NCBI GenBank assembly: GCA_029953675.1
Contig: JAMWBK010000001.1
Coordinates: 2,232,001 to 2,296,000, forward strand
DNA: 64,000 nucleotides
From: Rhodosorus marinus CCMP1338
Taxonomy: Eukaryota > Plantae > Rhodophyta
Direction of reading: 5' to 3'
In this document: one piece after another, positions 49,970 to 62,373 of the stretch
How the letters are laid out: the number at the start of each line of letters is the position of its first letter
Position numbering within the stretch: position 1 is the first letter of the stretch
The notes under the pieces: generated by a model
The model's input: only the letters and a program-made list of their open reading frames with translations
The model's database searches: none
What the model was told of the DNA's origin: nothing
Program-made: the position numbers and the translations under genes

Positions 49970-51543
49970 ATGGGTTTCGTTGGGTTGAACGTATTAACGA
50001 CGAGAAGGGATCCTGGGAGGACTAGTGGGAGTGGCTCGAGATGTAGAAGGAGTAGTGTTGTATGTAGTGTGTCAAATGTTGATAGTGCGCTTGTGAGCAA
50101 GGCTGGGAAGGCGGATCTGAAGTGGGATGAGCTGGGTTTCGCATATGTGAACACCAAGTGTTTTGTTAAGTGCGTTTACAAGGATGGCCAGTGGGGTGAG
50201 ATGACGATCGAGACAGATCCGTATGTTAAGGTTCACATCGGAGCTACTGCGCTGCATTATGGGCAGTCGTGCTTTGAAGGGATGAAAGCTTTCACTGGTA
50301 AGGATGGGAAAGTCAGACTTTTCCGCGTCGATGAGAACGCCAAGAGATTGCAAACGAGTACGGAGCGAATGGTTATGCCCGAGGTGCGGTCTGGAAATTT
50401 CTGTTCATTTACAACAGTAGATTGGCTTGCAAAGTTTCTTTCTTACCCTGGATATGGATTGGTGGTCGCTACTTAGGTCCCTAGCAACATGTTCATAGAA
50501 GCTTGCAAGCTTGCTGTCCGCGAAAACATCGAATACGCTCCTCCATATGGATTTGGGGGTTCGCTGTATGTCAGGCCCTTGATGTTCGGCTCGGGAGCTC
50601 GCGTCGGGCTGCAACCAGCTGACGAATACACTTTTGTGGTTAGTTTTTGATGCCCCCGATTCCCTCGGGAGCTCCTCCGTGCACCCTGCGTCTCACACCT
50701 GTTCACCACAATTGGCTTGTGCCTTGGGTAGGTCCTCGTGACTCCTGTAGGTGACTACTACAAGGGAGGCCTCTCGCCAGTTACAGCCTTTGTGCAGACA
50801 AAATATGATCGGGCTGCTCCCCAAGGGATTGGAAACGTTAAAGTCGGTGCCAACTACGCGGCCGACATTCTTCCCTTCCAGATATGCAAGAGCAAAGGTT
50901 ATCCGATCAACCTTTATTTGCACCCGAAGACAGGGAAGACAGTTGAGGTGGGTATTTCGCTGTTCCGCATTTGTACCCTGGCCGCGTTGCCGCTAGATTT
51001 CCACCACCCGGTGTAGAGGTCATTTGAAGACCTTGAGAATTCCTGACAACCTCACACGCTCTTCTTCTGTTCAGGAGTTTGGAACGAGCAATTTCATCGC
51101 CCTAAAGGGAGACTCGTATGTTACCCCGGACTCTCCGTCGGTGCTTCCCAGTATTACAAACAAGACCTTGATGCACCTCGCCTCAGAGATGGGCATGCAA
51201 GTGGAGAGGAGACCTGTGACCGTAGAGGAGATCGCCGATTTCGATGAGGTTGCAGCGTGTGGAACCGCTGTAGTCATTACCCCGGTAACAAGACTCGTCC
51301 ATAACGATGAGGTCCGTTCCGTTGCAAGCTTAACTTTAGCCAACAGCGCCAACCCCCTTTCATTCTAAAAAGCAACGCCCCCCTGCCCACCTTGATCTAA
51401 TTGTCCTATGCTAGGTTATCAAGCTCGGGAACTATGACGACCAAGTAGGCCCTCGGTTCAATGAACTGTACCAAAACGTACGCGCAATCCAAAACGCGGA
51501 GGTAGAAGATCGATATGGGTGGACCTTCGACGTGATGGAATAG
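49970..51543 (+). CDS. BCAT: Plastid-targeted branched-chain amino acid aminotransferase (class IV PLP), spliced
   Basis: MGFV transit peptide; 'LHYGQSCFEGMKAF', 'GSLYVRPLMFG', 'KVGANYA' (PLP Lys), 'EFGTSNF', 'VLPSITNKTL' and 'ACGTAVVITP'. TAG at 51541-51543. Confidence 0.96.
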
Positions 51544-51649
51544 GTAGCGGCCTCCTCAAACGACCTGTACAACGGAAGCAACTTTGAATCTTTTTCTAAA
51601 TATAGACCAGCGGGGAAAAACCTGCCGCGCGTTCAGCGAATTTCGAGGG

Positions 51650-54600
51650 AGCTGATGGAACGTACTCGAAACAACACGGACAAACATGAAAGACGGCATA
51701 TATGGTACTGGCGCACAGCCAAGAGACGGTCAACTATGCAGGTTTTCGATAGAGAAGCTCTCGCCTGCCGCTTTTGATTCTCTGATTGTTTGCAGGTTCT
51801 CTTAGCCTGTTCCTGCTCCCACCACACCTCAAGAAATCTGAGCTATTCCACCTAAAGGGCGTTAAGAGCCTCAAGCCTCGAGTGATGCTTCGACAACCAA
51901 CGGCACCAGCCCAATCGAAATTCATCAGGAACTTGTAAACACCGGATAGAGGGTTTTGATTGGTTTGGACGCCTTTGACCCCCTCTGGCGCTTGAGTAGT
52001 TCGTTCGGGCACATGTTCACTCTCCCGTGGCGCTCCCGAATTGCGGCGCAAACATCCCTGAGTGCTTGGATGGAGAAAGGCAACATTGCCACCCTATAGC
52101 CTTTATTCGGCAGGTACCTACGGGTGTCATCTAAAACCTAGCCAGCGGAAATATCGGGTGCTCGGCTCGATCCGTCTCGGTCGTGTGGGGGACTGACCGG
52201 GCATTGCGCTGCCACAGAATCCGGTTTAAGTGACTTCTAGCAGAGGATAGGTGTGTCTCACGGTCGTGCAGGTGTGAGCTAGCGGCTCGGAGGAACTCCG
52301 AGCCTGCGTGGCAGTAAGATGGCATCTCCTCGTTCCGCCGCAATCGCCTCCTTGTAGTGCACAGTTTTCCCTTGTTCGGCTGTCTCCGCAGCATATTCAG
52401 CTGGTGTGCCTTAAACGATGCCGATGGAGCGATCACGCCGCCATCACGTCCCACACGTACATGTGTCCGCTCGTCGGGTGCCTCGTTACTATGTCACGGA
52501 GAATCCCTGACCCAGAAAAGAACTGCTGAGGCTCTACTGGGACCTCCATGAAATTCCACAGATGCAGCCATCAATTCAGTTCCACTTTCTAGCTCGTCGT
52601 GTCGCTTCGGGCGTAGGCGGAGGAAGTCCGACGGTGGTGGCAGGCCCTGAATGCCTCCGACATCGTGACCCTGATCGCAAATAGTGCACACGTACGATAC
52701 GTCTTCCGAGCTAGCCCCAGTAGAAGTAGATACCCCAGGCTTGGAAGCATGCACCTCGTAGCAAACGATCTGTTCAGATATCTGTTCAGATCGTTTGCTA
52801 GCTCATCTACGCTCGCCTTGAGCGCGAGTCAGGTCGCACCTCTCCAGGGGTACCGAGGTTCTCGCAGCTTGTGACATCGAGTTGGGACGTCGTTGGACGC
52901 TTTCTATTTCCACTGTTCGTTCACCATATGATTCGATTACTAGCCAGAGTTTGGTTTTTGTCTCATGCGTGAGTGCTGGATTGTCTTCGTAGCTTCTCTG
53001 GACCACTTTGGCATTCGACTATGTACGTAGACTGCTCTATTCCCATCGTCTGACGAAGGTGCTGTTCAGAGATGAGGAGAATGTTGTCGATGAGGACAGA
53101 ACCTCCTCGTCCTCATATCTGAACGTTCACTTGGTCAGACGACATATGACTTCTTGCCACGATTTAACGTGTATCGCCCAACATCTACATCCGTTCTGAG
53201 CATCCAATCTAGGGCACTCCAGATGTACCTACAATATCAACAGATCACCTGCCTGACCCTCCGTTCCGACCAACCAATATCGCAATGCGACTCTTCCGCA
53301 CCTCACCGTGAGCTGAGCTCAGAACCTGTTACCTTGAATAGAAGTTGATGGACCTCTTTCCCCTCTTCATTCCAAACCATTACCAAATTGTCGTTGACAA
53401 GGAGGCTCGTTCATGTGGCGGTATGGCTGGATCGCTGAGGCAAGCAGCCCACAGCTCTGGAGCTTCGTTGTTGCAAGGGAATGTCCCAACCTCAATTCAG
53501 CCCAGTGAGGTCTATTGTAGGAATCCTTTGGAAGCCGCTTCTCAACAGCGAAAGACGCAGCTCTTTCGCGCCCGATTTTCTTTCCCAACGTTTTGGACAC
53601 AGGCAGGGCACAAGAACATGTCAGCTGAAACCGGGACCATTCTATTCGATGTAGAAAATAAGAGCAGGCGAATATTCGAGGCTAAACTGGAGTGGTAGCG
53701 AAACAAGCATCAAGAATTTGTTACGGACTTGGGCCCCTTAAACGGGCGTGTCCATACTCTCTCCACTCTGTGACCGGTGAGCAGGATCTGCCCATTGCGA
53801 GAGCCACAAGCTCAGCAGATAAACGAAACTCTTAGCTTTTTCGGACGTAACCGGGTCTATCAGGCTTGAAGAATTGTTTCGGCGACTAGTAAGAACCCAT
53901 TCCAGTATTTCGATGTTGGCAAACCTGAGGCGTCGTAAAACTGCGAGCAGGAAAGTTGCTCCCGTACACGAGATTTCGGGCTGGCTGCCATCCTCCAGGA
54001 GGCACGTTATCGATCGGTATCCGAGGCTGCGAGGCGGGGTTGTTGAAAACCGCTTCTGCCAAAAGCGGAAACGTGCTCTTCTCCCAAGCCAAAGATTCTC
54101 AAACTTGGAAGCTCTCCGCAACCTATCGCTGAACTTTTTACGAAGAGATTCGTCTCTTGCGGGTGTCGATTGAAATACGTTCTCAAGGAGATTTCTTGGA
54201 AATTGGACAATACCAACGTCCTACCTACCAATTTCAGTTTTGGGAAACCGGACGAGATCAACGTCCAGCAGACCTCGTCGGTGGTTTGGACACTCCACCC
54301 CATTATCACAAGCTCTTTTTCTCAGCGTCGATTTGAAGGGAGGGTATAAAACTTCTTTTTTATTATTTAAATATTTGTAAAAACTTAAACTATTCACAAG
54401 AAATATACCCAACATAGATAATTGTACCCCTTGATGAACGAATTTTGTTTAATTGGAGGCTGAAAGAAAAAACCGCAAGGGGGAAAAAAACAAGACTAAG
54501 CGCGGCGGGGATCGTGCGCCTCCAACATCAAAGCAGCGTTCATACGCCACGGCAAGAAACTTAAACGGGTAAACGAGGACAGACGGTCAGGGCGTTCGCG

Positions 54601-55000
54601 GAACAATTCCCGAAGCCACCGAGAACCAACGGAATCCTTAAACCCAAAGCACTCAGTGACTAGAGGTACTAGGCGATGAGCTAGAGCCGAAGTACCAATG
54701 CCTGGGGAAGACAAAGCCACCCCTTGATAGGGTCGTCTATATGACGAGCAGAAGTTGATGACAAGCATCTGCCCCTCAACGTTTGGATTCTTGACTAGGT
54801 CAACGTTTGCTTACTGAAGGCCAGTCTCCCGAGTGGAAGGGAAGTGAGCTATGACTACTCCTACTCCGCGATTACTTCGAATGTGAAGGAGCTCGGCGTA
54901 CTTCCAGAGGCGATTTGTTGTGAACCTCTGGCGAATGGGGCATTGGGAGCTGCCCTTTGTGGATATGCCCGGGTCGGACAGCGAAGGCACTGCATCTTGC
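51650..55000 (-). mobile_element. Largest decayed CRE-like non-LTR element (N-terminal Zn-finger-like, RT, knuckle), interrupted by a non-coding insertion at ~54300-54640
   Basis: Ordered remnants: 'CLRCPTRAY' (~54970), 'LPKDSYNRPH' (~53530), 'SRIAI' (~53280), 'VLIDN' (~53095), 'ESVQRR' (~52900), 'AGAV' and 'GLRLLTPF...RCGG' (~51850). No intact ORF. Confidence 0.45.
54435..54632 (-). repeat. ~190-bp dispersed non-coding element, copy B (inverted relative to 29353-29540)
   Basis: Its reverse complement aligns with copy A over the whole length, with scattered substitutions and small indels. Confidence 0.9.
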
Positions 55001-56699
55001 GCTTTTTTACTGGTCCATAGAATTTGGTTGCGATCCGACAACTGAGCAAGGTCACTATGGCCTAGTCCACAACGTTTTGTTGGAGGGGAGAAGACCCAGA
55101 CTTGTACAGCGTACCAAACGGACAAAGTATTGGAGTGAAGTACAGCCGGTGTTGGGTTGCGGAGAGGCGGGAATAGAAAACCCAGAAACCGCGAGGAACA
55201 GGGAAAGAGAGGGCGCATCGGGAGGGGAGACAGGGACGGGGAGACAGTGATGGGCAAACAACGGTCTTGCGTTTTTCGCGCGAAAGGGCTTCTGGATCGT
55301 ATCAAAACTCTGGCTGATCGTGGAGTCCCCGGTGCAGCAATGGCCCCAAGCTCTTCCAGGTTTACCGAAGAGCACTTGCAGGATTCTCGAGAGGGTGCTG
55401 TTCTTTAGTCATTGACTACGGGTTGGCCCGATGGCTTTATCAGCTCCTTAACCACCCCCTTTGTCCGTCACGTTCCTCATCATCATTTATTCAGAGACAA
55501 AAACCCTGAGAAGAAGGAAACTAGCTCACAAACATAGAATCATGCGCGCCTTAACTCGTGGTAGAGTGAGCCAATGGATTAGTAAAAACAAAAAACACAC
55601 CTACGAGTCGAGCGGGTTCGATCACGTCGTAGTAACTTTTGTTTATCCATCACTACCAGTGTCTAGCTGTTCTCCCCTTCTCCCCCCACCTCTCCCCCCT
55701 CCCCCTTGTCCTTCCCAAGTCACCGCCACAAACTCCAGGAGAAAAAGAAAAAAAAAAGGCAATAGAGAACAAATTACAAGAAAAGCCCGGTTTGCCGGTA
55801 AATACCCGCAACCTTCCCCCAACCCAATCACAAATGTTTTTTTAACCCAAAACAAAAAACAAACAAACACTGGCTAAATAGGATCGGGCTATCCCCTGCC
55901 GAAATACGTGCGCAAGAATATACTTTTCGTTTGCCTCGGGCTAATTTACTCTGCACCCCTTCATTTTTTTGTGAGATCACAAATCATAAAAAAGTGTTGT
56001 ATTTTGATATTTTAAAGACCTACTATCCGAGGAGAGAAATAAAAGTATAAAACTCTTTTCTTCTTACCCCCCCTCGCGCCCTTCTCTTCCTCTTCCTCTT
56101 CCTCAGCTCCTCCTTTTTGACGCACTGCTTACATCGCCCGAAAATGTCGAGGTATGAACAGTTGAATTTCTAAAGAATTACCAGCGGACGTGCAACAAGC
56201 GGAGGAGATAGAAAAAAACCGGATTTGTAGGATATGGATATTTATTTTTGGAAATTGATAATGGTTTGGGGCCGGGGAGTGTGGGTTTCCAAAAAAAGGA
56301 ATTTTTTGCTCGTTTTTGATTTTACGAAGAAAAGAGATGAGTGGCGGTTTATGGCGATTGGCTTACAAAATGTTCTGCATCGGGAAAACTTCATCGTTTG
56401 GAGGTTATAGTTGAGGTACTTACAGAATAGGAGTTTCAAGCGTGTTTGGGGGGGGGGGAGAGAGGTGTTCGCGTGTATTTAGTGGATGGGGATCGGGGGA
56501 CGTTGTTGTCGCTGTGGTAGCATCCTCTGTGGAACTTGGTAGAGGTGTGTAGCGACATATACTTGTGTAGGTGGTGCTTGTCATGTCTTGTCATCATTGC
56601 AGCTAGTTTGGAAGGCGGGAGGGCGGACAGTCAGTAGCTGGTGGCAACTGAAGGGTCGATGAACAACTACAAGGCGCGGCTTATGGTTTTGCATGCATC

Positions 56700-56990
56700 G
56701 GCGAAGAAAGGGGACGGCAACGCAACGAACGAGGTTCTCGAGCCGCACGCAATCTTGCACACGTTCGCTGTCGAAAATTGCATTCGCCTAAATATTTAGT
56801 CCCCAATGCAACCGGGGACAATGGCTTCCAGAGAAGTTTTGCTGGCTCAGTTTCTTTGAGAACGGGGGAGGGGCCAGATGTTCTTAAGGAAACAAAAAGA
56901 AGCACCAGATTCATGTCCGTAAACTTCCTTCTTCATCGCCGGGTGGCTACCGCATCCATTCCCATGTTGCATGGCCTCTCATACCCACAG
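56700..56990 (-). mobile_element. RLE C-terminal relic of a CRE-like element
   Basis: 'AVATRR*RRKFTDMNLVLLFVSLRTSGP' resembles AE..K..KY...F.P.A.ET.G. 'FRRMQFSTAN...CGS' resembles FQRLS.A.QR.NA. Confidence 0.5.
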
Positions 56991-59419
56991 GTTCAATCAA
57001 CGACAACATAAACGCCCTTCCTAGAAAACGTGGTCCCTCCCATTGTCGAACCTAGTCAAATCTACCCCACCCCTACTCTCGTCACCTCGAAATCAAAGGC
57101 GTCCGATAATTTTCATTCAAAGACAAAACTACACACAACTTGAAACCCTTCAATCACCCCCCTCCATCCCCATTCCCATCGCCCACTTTTCCCCCCTTTT
57201 TCACTCGACAATTGCTGTTCGACTTTCAGGGGAGACAAAAGAAATGCCATATTGTTTTGCCGTTTTCGATGTGGTACGTACAGGCAGACCAGAGTCTTCC
57301 CGGCCAACAGCTTCACACGCTAAACGGGTTTCTCACCTCAATCCAAAACAATAAAATAAAATAATAATTAAAAAACACCTACCGGCTATCGAAGTGGAGG
57401 CAACTTTCCTAAGTTTTCAATAAAACTACTACAACCAACACTTCGTGGCTGGTTTTTTCTTCAATAAAACTAAATCCTGGGAAGACCGATCTTTGCACAA
57501 GGAAAAAAAAGTTTTGAAAATTGAGCTTTACAAAACTTATAGATAAAAAAAGAAGAAGAAAAGCCGTCGATTTTCGTCGATTTAAAGAATTTCCGAGGGG
57601 TGGGGAGAAAACACCTTCTGGCATAGAAGAATGTCATCCAGAATTGAATGAGGAGGGAAAAATATTATTAGGGTGGTGACGATGTACCCCCGTCCCTCCC
57701 TCTCAACTCAAAAGGAGATGGAAAAATGCTCGAATTGCGACATGATGTGTTTTATATGTATATATTCTTATTCTGTTTTTTGTTGGTTGATTTATTGTGA
57801 AATTCATTGTTCGGTAGATATGGGAATGATTGCGCTTTTTTGTGCACAGGCTTGTTGCGAATCCAATGAATGATCCCATCACCACCCTCCCCCCTCCCCC
57901 ATTTCGGTTTTTCCTTGAGCTTTTGAGGGGCCCGGGGTTTGGGGGGCGGAAGGTACGAGGGAGTGTGAAGTATCTGGTTTGGGGTAAGGATGGTTGCATC
58001 GACCGGCAGGAGGTTGTTGGAGGTTTTAAGTTTGTTTTTTGTGTACGGTTTTGCGGTGGTTTTTTCTTTTTTTGGGGGGGTTGTATTGACTTTTCGATGG
58101 AGGTGCGGTGCAACTCCGGGACGTGCTTTGTTGGCGGTACCCCCCGCAAAATGGATGCATGAGTCTAGTCCTGCCCTTCTTCTTTTTAGCACTCTTCTCC
58201 TTTGCTGACGGCGACGAAAGGGAAATTGTCACAACCACAAGCTAAAGTCTTGTGTGTGCTGCGCAAAAATCTGGTCAAGTACTCCTAAAAGGATACACCC
58301 CCTAGTGGAGCCGCTAGAGGATTGAGAAGAAGGCTATCAATGCCTTACTGAGGCAACCCCGTGCAAATGAGAGGATCCTTGACACCAATCCTTGCCGCTC
58401 TAACGCTTGTCTAAGGCACGGCATACGAGAGATTCCAAAGCACATCTGACGTCTCACTTTCATCGTACAAAAACAGCATCGTTTCCTACCCCCCCATCGA
58501 CTTTTCTCCTCTTCCCTCCGCCTCCCACCCCCACCCCAAGGGTCCAATCTCCAATTCCTATGCAATCCTCGAACTCAATCAACCAAGGCAGGAAGGGGGG
58601 GGGGTTAAGTAATCTGTATCCACAAAACAAAACTAAACAAAAGCAAATTCTTGCCCAACCCAATCTTTCCCCTTTTTAATGTTTTGCAGAAACAATCAAA
58701 CCCTGCAAACAAAAAAAATGTGCACGAACAAACCCCTCCCAAAATCTTCCCAAACACTCCAAAGAAAGAAATCATCTATGCAAACTCAAAGTTCACCCCC
58801 TGCCCCGCTCCACTCCCTCTCTCTTTCTCTCCCCCACCACCCCTTCCCTCATGTCCCGCCAGAAAAAACAGGATATAGTTAAAAATATGGAAACTTAATA
58901 CGAAAAACTTAGAAAGAAACCAGAGTGAATCTCGTAAGTTTTTTGGTTTTACTGCGATAAGGAAAAGGCCTTTGGAATTGGAGACTAGAGACAGGGTCTG
59001 TTGGTGGGGTGTGTATGTGTAAGCGACCGAAGGGACAGAACGGAAGAGAGAAATGTTGAGGTTGGGACTTTTTGGAGAGGGGGGATGTTGAAAAGTTGTC
59101 AAGACGGTTAGTATTTTGTTTACCGAGTAGAAGTGAATGAGGTTGTGTGAATGGGATTAAAGGAGTTAATAAGGACTGATATAGAGAGAGGGAGGAGAAG
59201 GACGTTTGTGGTGCAGTTGAAGCGGTGGAGAGGAGTTGGTAGGAAGGGGGGGTGGGGATGAGGGCGGAGGAAGGTGGTGTGGGTGGCGATGTGGGGCACA
59301 TGAGGAATTGGGAGAGTTTGGTGAAAATTTTGTGAAGGCTTTTTTTGGCGGGGGTGGGGGTTGGTTTTGAGTGAGTGGATGGATTTTGGAGTGGGAAGAA
59401 GGGGATTTTGGGATTGTGG

Positions 59420-59785
59420 ATGGACGTTAAGGAATTGTTGGTGAAGGAGGAGGATGAGGGGTCGGCAGGAGAGGATCAGTATCCGTGTGGGATCTGTACG
59501 ATGGTTTTGGAGTCGAGAGATGCGAAGCTGTCTCATGTACGGAGCGTGCACGAGGGGCTCAGGGTTGTGAGGCCTGCAGAAAACTTGGAAACCAGGAAGA
59601 CAGTTCGCAAGTACCCCTGTGAGGTCTGCGGGAAGACCTTTGGCTCGTCTTCTGTGACCAACCGACATCGGAGAATGGTGCATCTCAAGGAGCGACCTTT
59701 CAGCTGCTCCATTTGTAACAAGAGTTTTGCCACTAGAGTATGTGTGAAACGGCACGAGAGGAAAACTCACGCCAGAAGACTCTAG
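59420..59785 (+). CDS. C2H2 zinc-finger protein (3 fingers), 121 aa
   Basis: 'YPCGICTMVLESRDAKLSHVRSVH', 'YPCEVCGKTFGSSSVTNRHRRMVH', 'ERPFSCSICNKSFATRVCVKRHERKTH'. Confidence 0.93.
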   Translation: MDVKELLVKEEDEGSAGEDQYPCGICTMVLESRDAKLSHVRSVHEGLRVVRPAENLETRKTVRKYPCEVCGKTFGSSSVTNRHRRMVHLKERPFSCSICNKSFATRVCVKRHERKTHARRL

Positions 59786-60446
59786 TGGTGAGAGGCGCCA
59801 ACCTTGCCCCCGCTCCAGGGACGAGATATTTTGGCAAAAGACCCTCCTGTTTTTATTGTACAGACGAATCCTTGATCACGCCAAGAGACTGCACTAAGCA
59901 AAAAAAGATAAAATGCGCCAAACTTCCTTCAACGGGAAAGCTTTGGAAGGCAGGCAAGACCCAGCTCTTGGCCCCCATTGTAAAGTTTGACCCCGCCTAC
60001 CCAGCCTCCTGCTTTCACTTCCGAGAAGCCCCAGGTTTTTGGCAAAGCGTATTCCCTCTTCGTACCCTTATAATATCCGGGTACCATAAGGGGATGAAAA
60101 AGCGTTTTGCTTTTCTTTCTTTCAGTAAAGTAACTATCTTCACTACACTGTCGTTAAATATTCTGTAGGGCAATCAACCCTCCCCACCCGCTGCCGCGGG
60201 GGTAGGGGGGAGGTACTCAGCAGATAGCCCACGGAAATTCTCCACATGATAGGTGGACGCTGACTCACTGAAGACGGCGTTTTCCCTCTTGACGGTTCAG
60301 CATCTGTCCTTGGAACTTTCGGGGGCTGCCTAGAACGATATCCTATGGGGAATCCGATACCCGGATCGATCAGCTTCAACCCTCCCGCGCCAGATAGATA
60401 CCACTACCATCGATGAACTCCATGTTACGCATGTCCACGGCGATGC

Positions 60447-62373
60447 TCATTCCTTGGCGACAGTTTCCACCGTGTTGGAGATGCGGCTCTGTGCGACCTT
60501 CTCCGCCAGAGAATCGCTGAACGTCTTCATGATGTTCAGCTTGCCAAGGGCTGCACTATTTGCTTCCTCGCACATTTCCCTAGAGCGATGAAAATTGAAA
60601 ATCGAGCCTGTTAGTGCTGACTGCGCGCCTGCAGTTCGATTCAGGATAGCTTCTAATTCCCCACAGCGCCTTGCCATGTTCACCAAGTGCGTGCGCAGAC
60701 AAGCGAGAGCTTATGGAAGCACAATCCACCGCTGGGGCTCTTGTAAAATGACTACTTACAAAAGTTCCTGTGTCACAATGAGCGGATTTCTTCCTCTGTC
60801 GATGGCTTCCAAAACCTGAAACGGTACATTCGTATTCACAGTGCCTGCCCTCATATCAAGCTCCCTCAGGTCTACGGTCAGTTGATTCCTGTCGATGCAA
60901 AGAGAACAACACGAGTAAGTAAGTGATGAGGTCAGCCGTAAGCAAGAGGAAACCCCGTTGCTGGGACAGTCGGACGGCGTGCCGATCGTCGTGATCGAAA
61001 GCTTACACTTTCGCGAAGAGGTTATTCTGATCGTCATTGGAGAAGTTGGTGACCATGACCGCGATTTGATTCAAAGTCTCCGCGGTGTTCTCGAGAGCCC
61101 GCTCTAGTTCGATGAGCTCCGGAGATGTCTGTAGTTCCATACCGTCGCCCTGCGACATCTGCAGCGGGGTCATTCCGCCCGTTGGCGGAGATGCGGAAGG
61201 AGCTGAAGATTCCGATTCCATACCAGCAGATTCCGCAGCAGAATCTGCTCCAGTAACGGATGGAGCTCTATCAGGAGCAACTGCTGGTGGGGCTTTCGCT
61301 TTCGGGGGTGGTTCGCCGGCTAACAGGGGGGCCTGGGGTGGAAGAGCCCCTGAAGGCGGACTCGCAAGCGGTACCGCCGGAGCTGCCGGTTTCGTTCGAG
61401 TCTCTCCTTTCCCGTCTTTTCCCTCGTCGCCTTGTTTCTCCACTTTCGGTCCCTCCTCAGGTTGGCTTCCATTGACTGGGTTCTGGTTCTCCTCGGTCCT
61501 TTTCTTGTCCGCCTGTTCAGTCGCTTCCTGCGTGGCACTCGCGCTATCGAGCTTGGCCGGATCGCTCCCGGCTCCATTCGTTTCCTCTACTGTCCCTTTT
61601 ACCTCCGAAGCAGCTGGCGCGGATGTGCCTAGGGGTTCACTCTGTTGAGGTACAACGGGCTGCAGAGGCAAGCTCCCATCGCCGCCGGCGCGCTCTGTTC
61701 TCATCACCGGTTCCTTCTGCACCTCTGATATCTGAGCCTCGGCTCCCTCCGGCTGGGGCTCTTCGTTGTCCGCGGGAGGCTCCTCGGGGTTGGGCTCAGC
61801 AAATCCACTGTCTTGGGGCTTCGGTTGATCCTCGGGAGCTGCCTTCTCAGTGGTAGATTCTTCCGCATCACCTGCAGCGGCCTCTTCAGGCGCACCCCCG
61901 GGCTCCCATAGATCGGCTTGTGGCTTTCCTATTTCTTGCACAAAGTTCGAAGAGTCCCATTGTTGCGCCTCGTCCTTGGAACCGTCCAGTTTATCTTCAC
62001 CAGTTACAGCATCGTCTGCACAAATGACAACGAAAAACCATCAATTCGCAAAATATCTACCCTCATTTCTCACAAGAAAAGCAGAAAAAAAGCAGTCGTC
62101 TTCCCAAATTTTTTGTTCGGTGTATTTACCTTCAATATCCACCATTTCTATAGGCGGCTCCTTGCCCCCCTCTGCGTCTCGTGGCACAAGCTCAGCAACA
62201 GCTGCATCAAGGATATCCGCATTTTCCGATATGACGGGGTTCGGCACTTTCGAAGCTTCAGGTCCACCTTCCTCCATAGCCACCAAATCTCCCTGTACCG
62301 CGTCATCCACATCATCGTTTATCATCACGGTATCACCGTTAACGTCCTTCTCGACGCCAGTCTCTTCCGTCAT
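60447..62373 (-). CDS. MED10: Mediator subunit MED10 with a ~350-aa acidic/Pro-rich N-terminal extension; 4 exons (62373-62130, 61928-61007, 60888-60760, 60579-60447), 475 aa
   Basis: C-terminal 'LENTAETLNQIAVMVTNFSNDDQNNLFAKVNQL...VPFQVLEAIDRGRNP...ELLEMCEEANSAALGKLNIMKTFSDSL' matches Med10. All three junctions are GT-AG and in phase. Confidence 0.88.
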
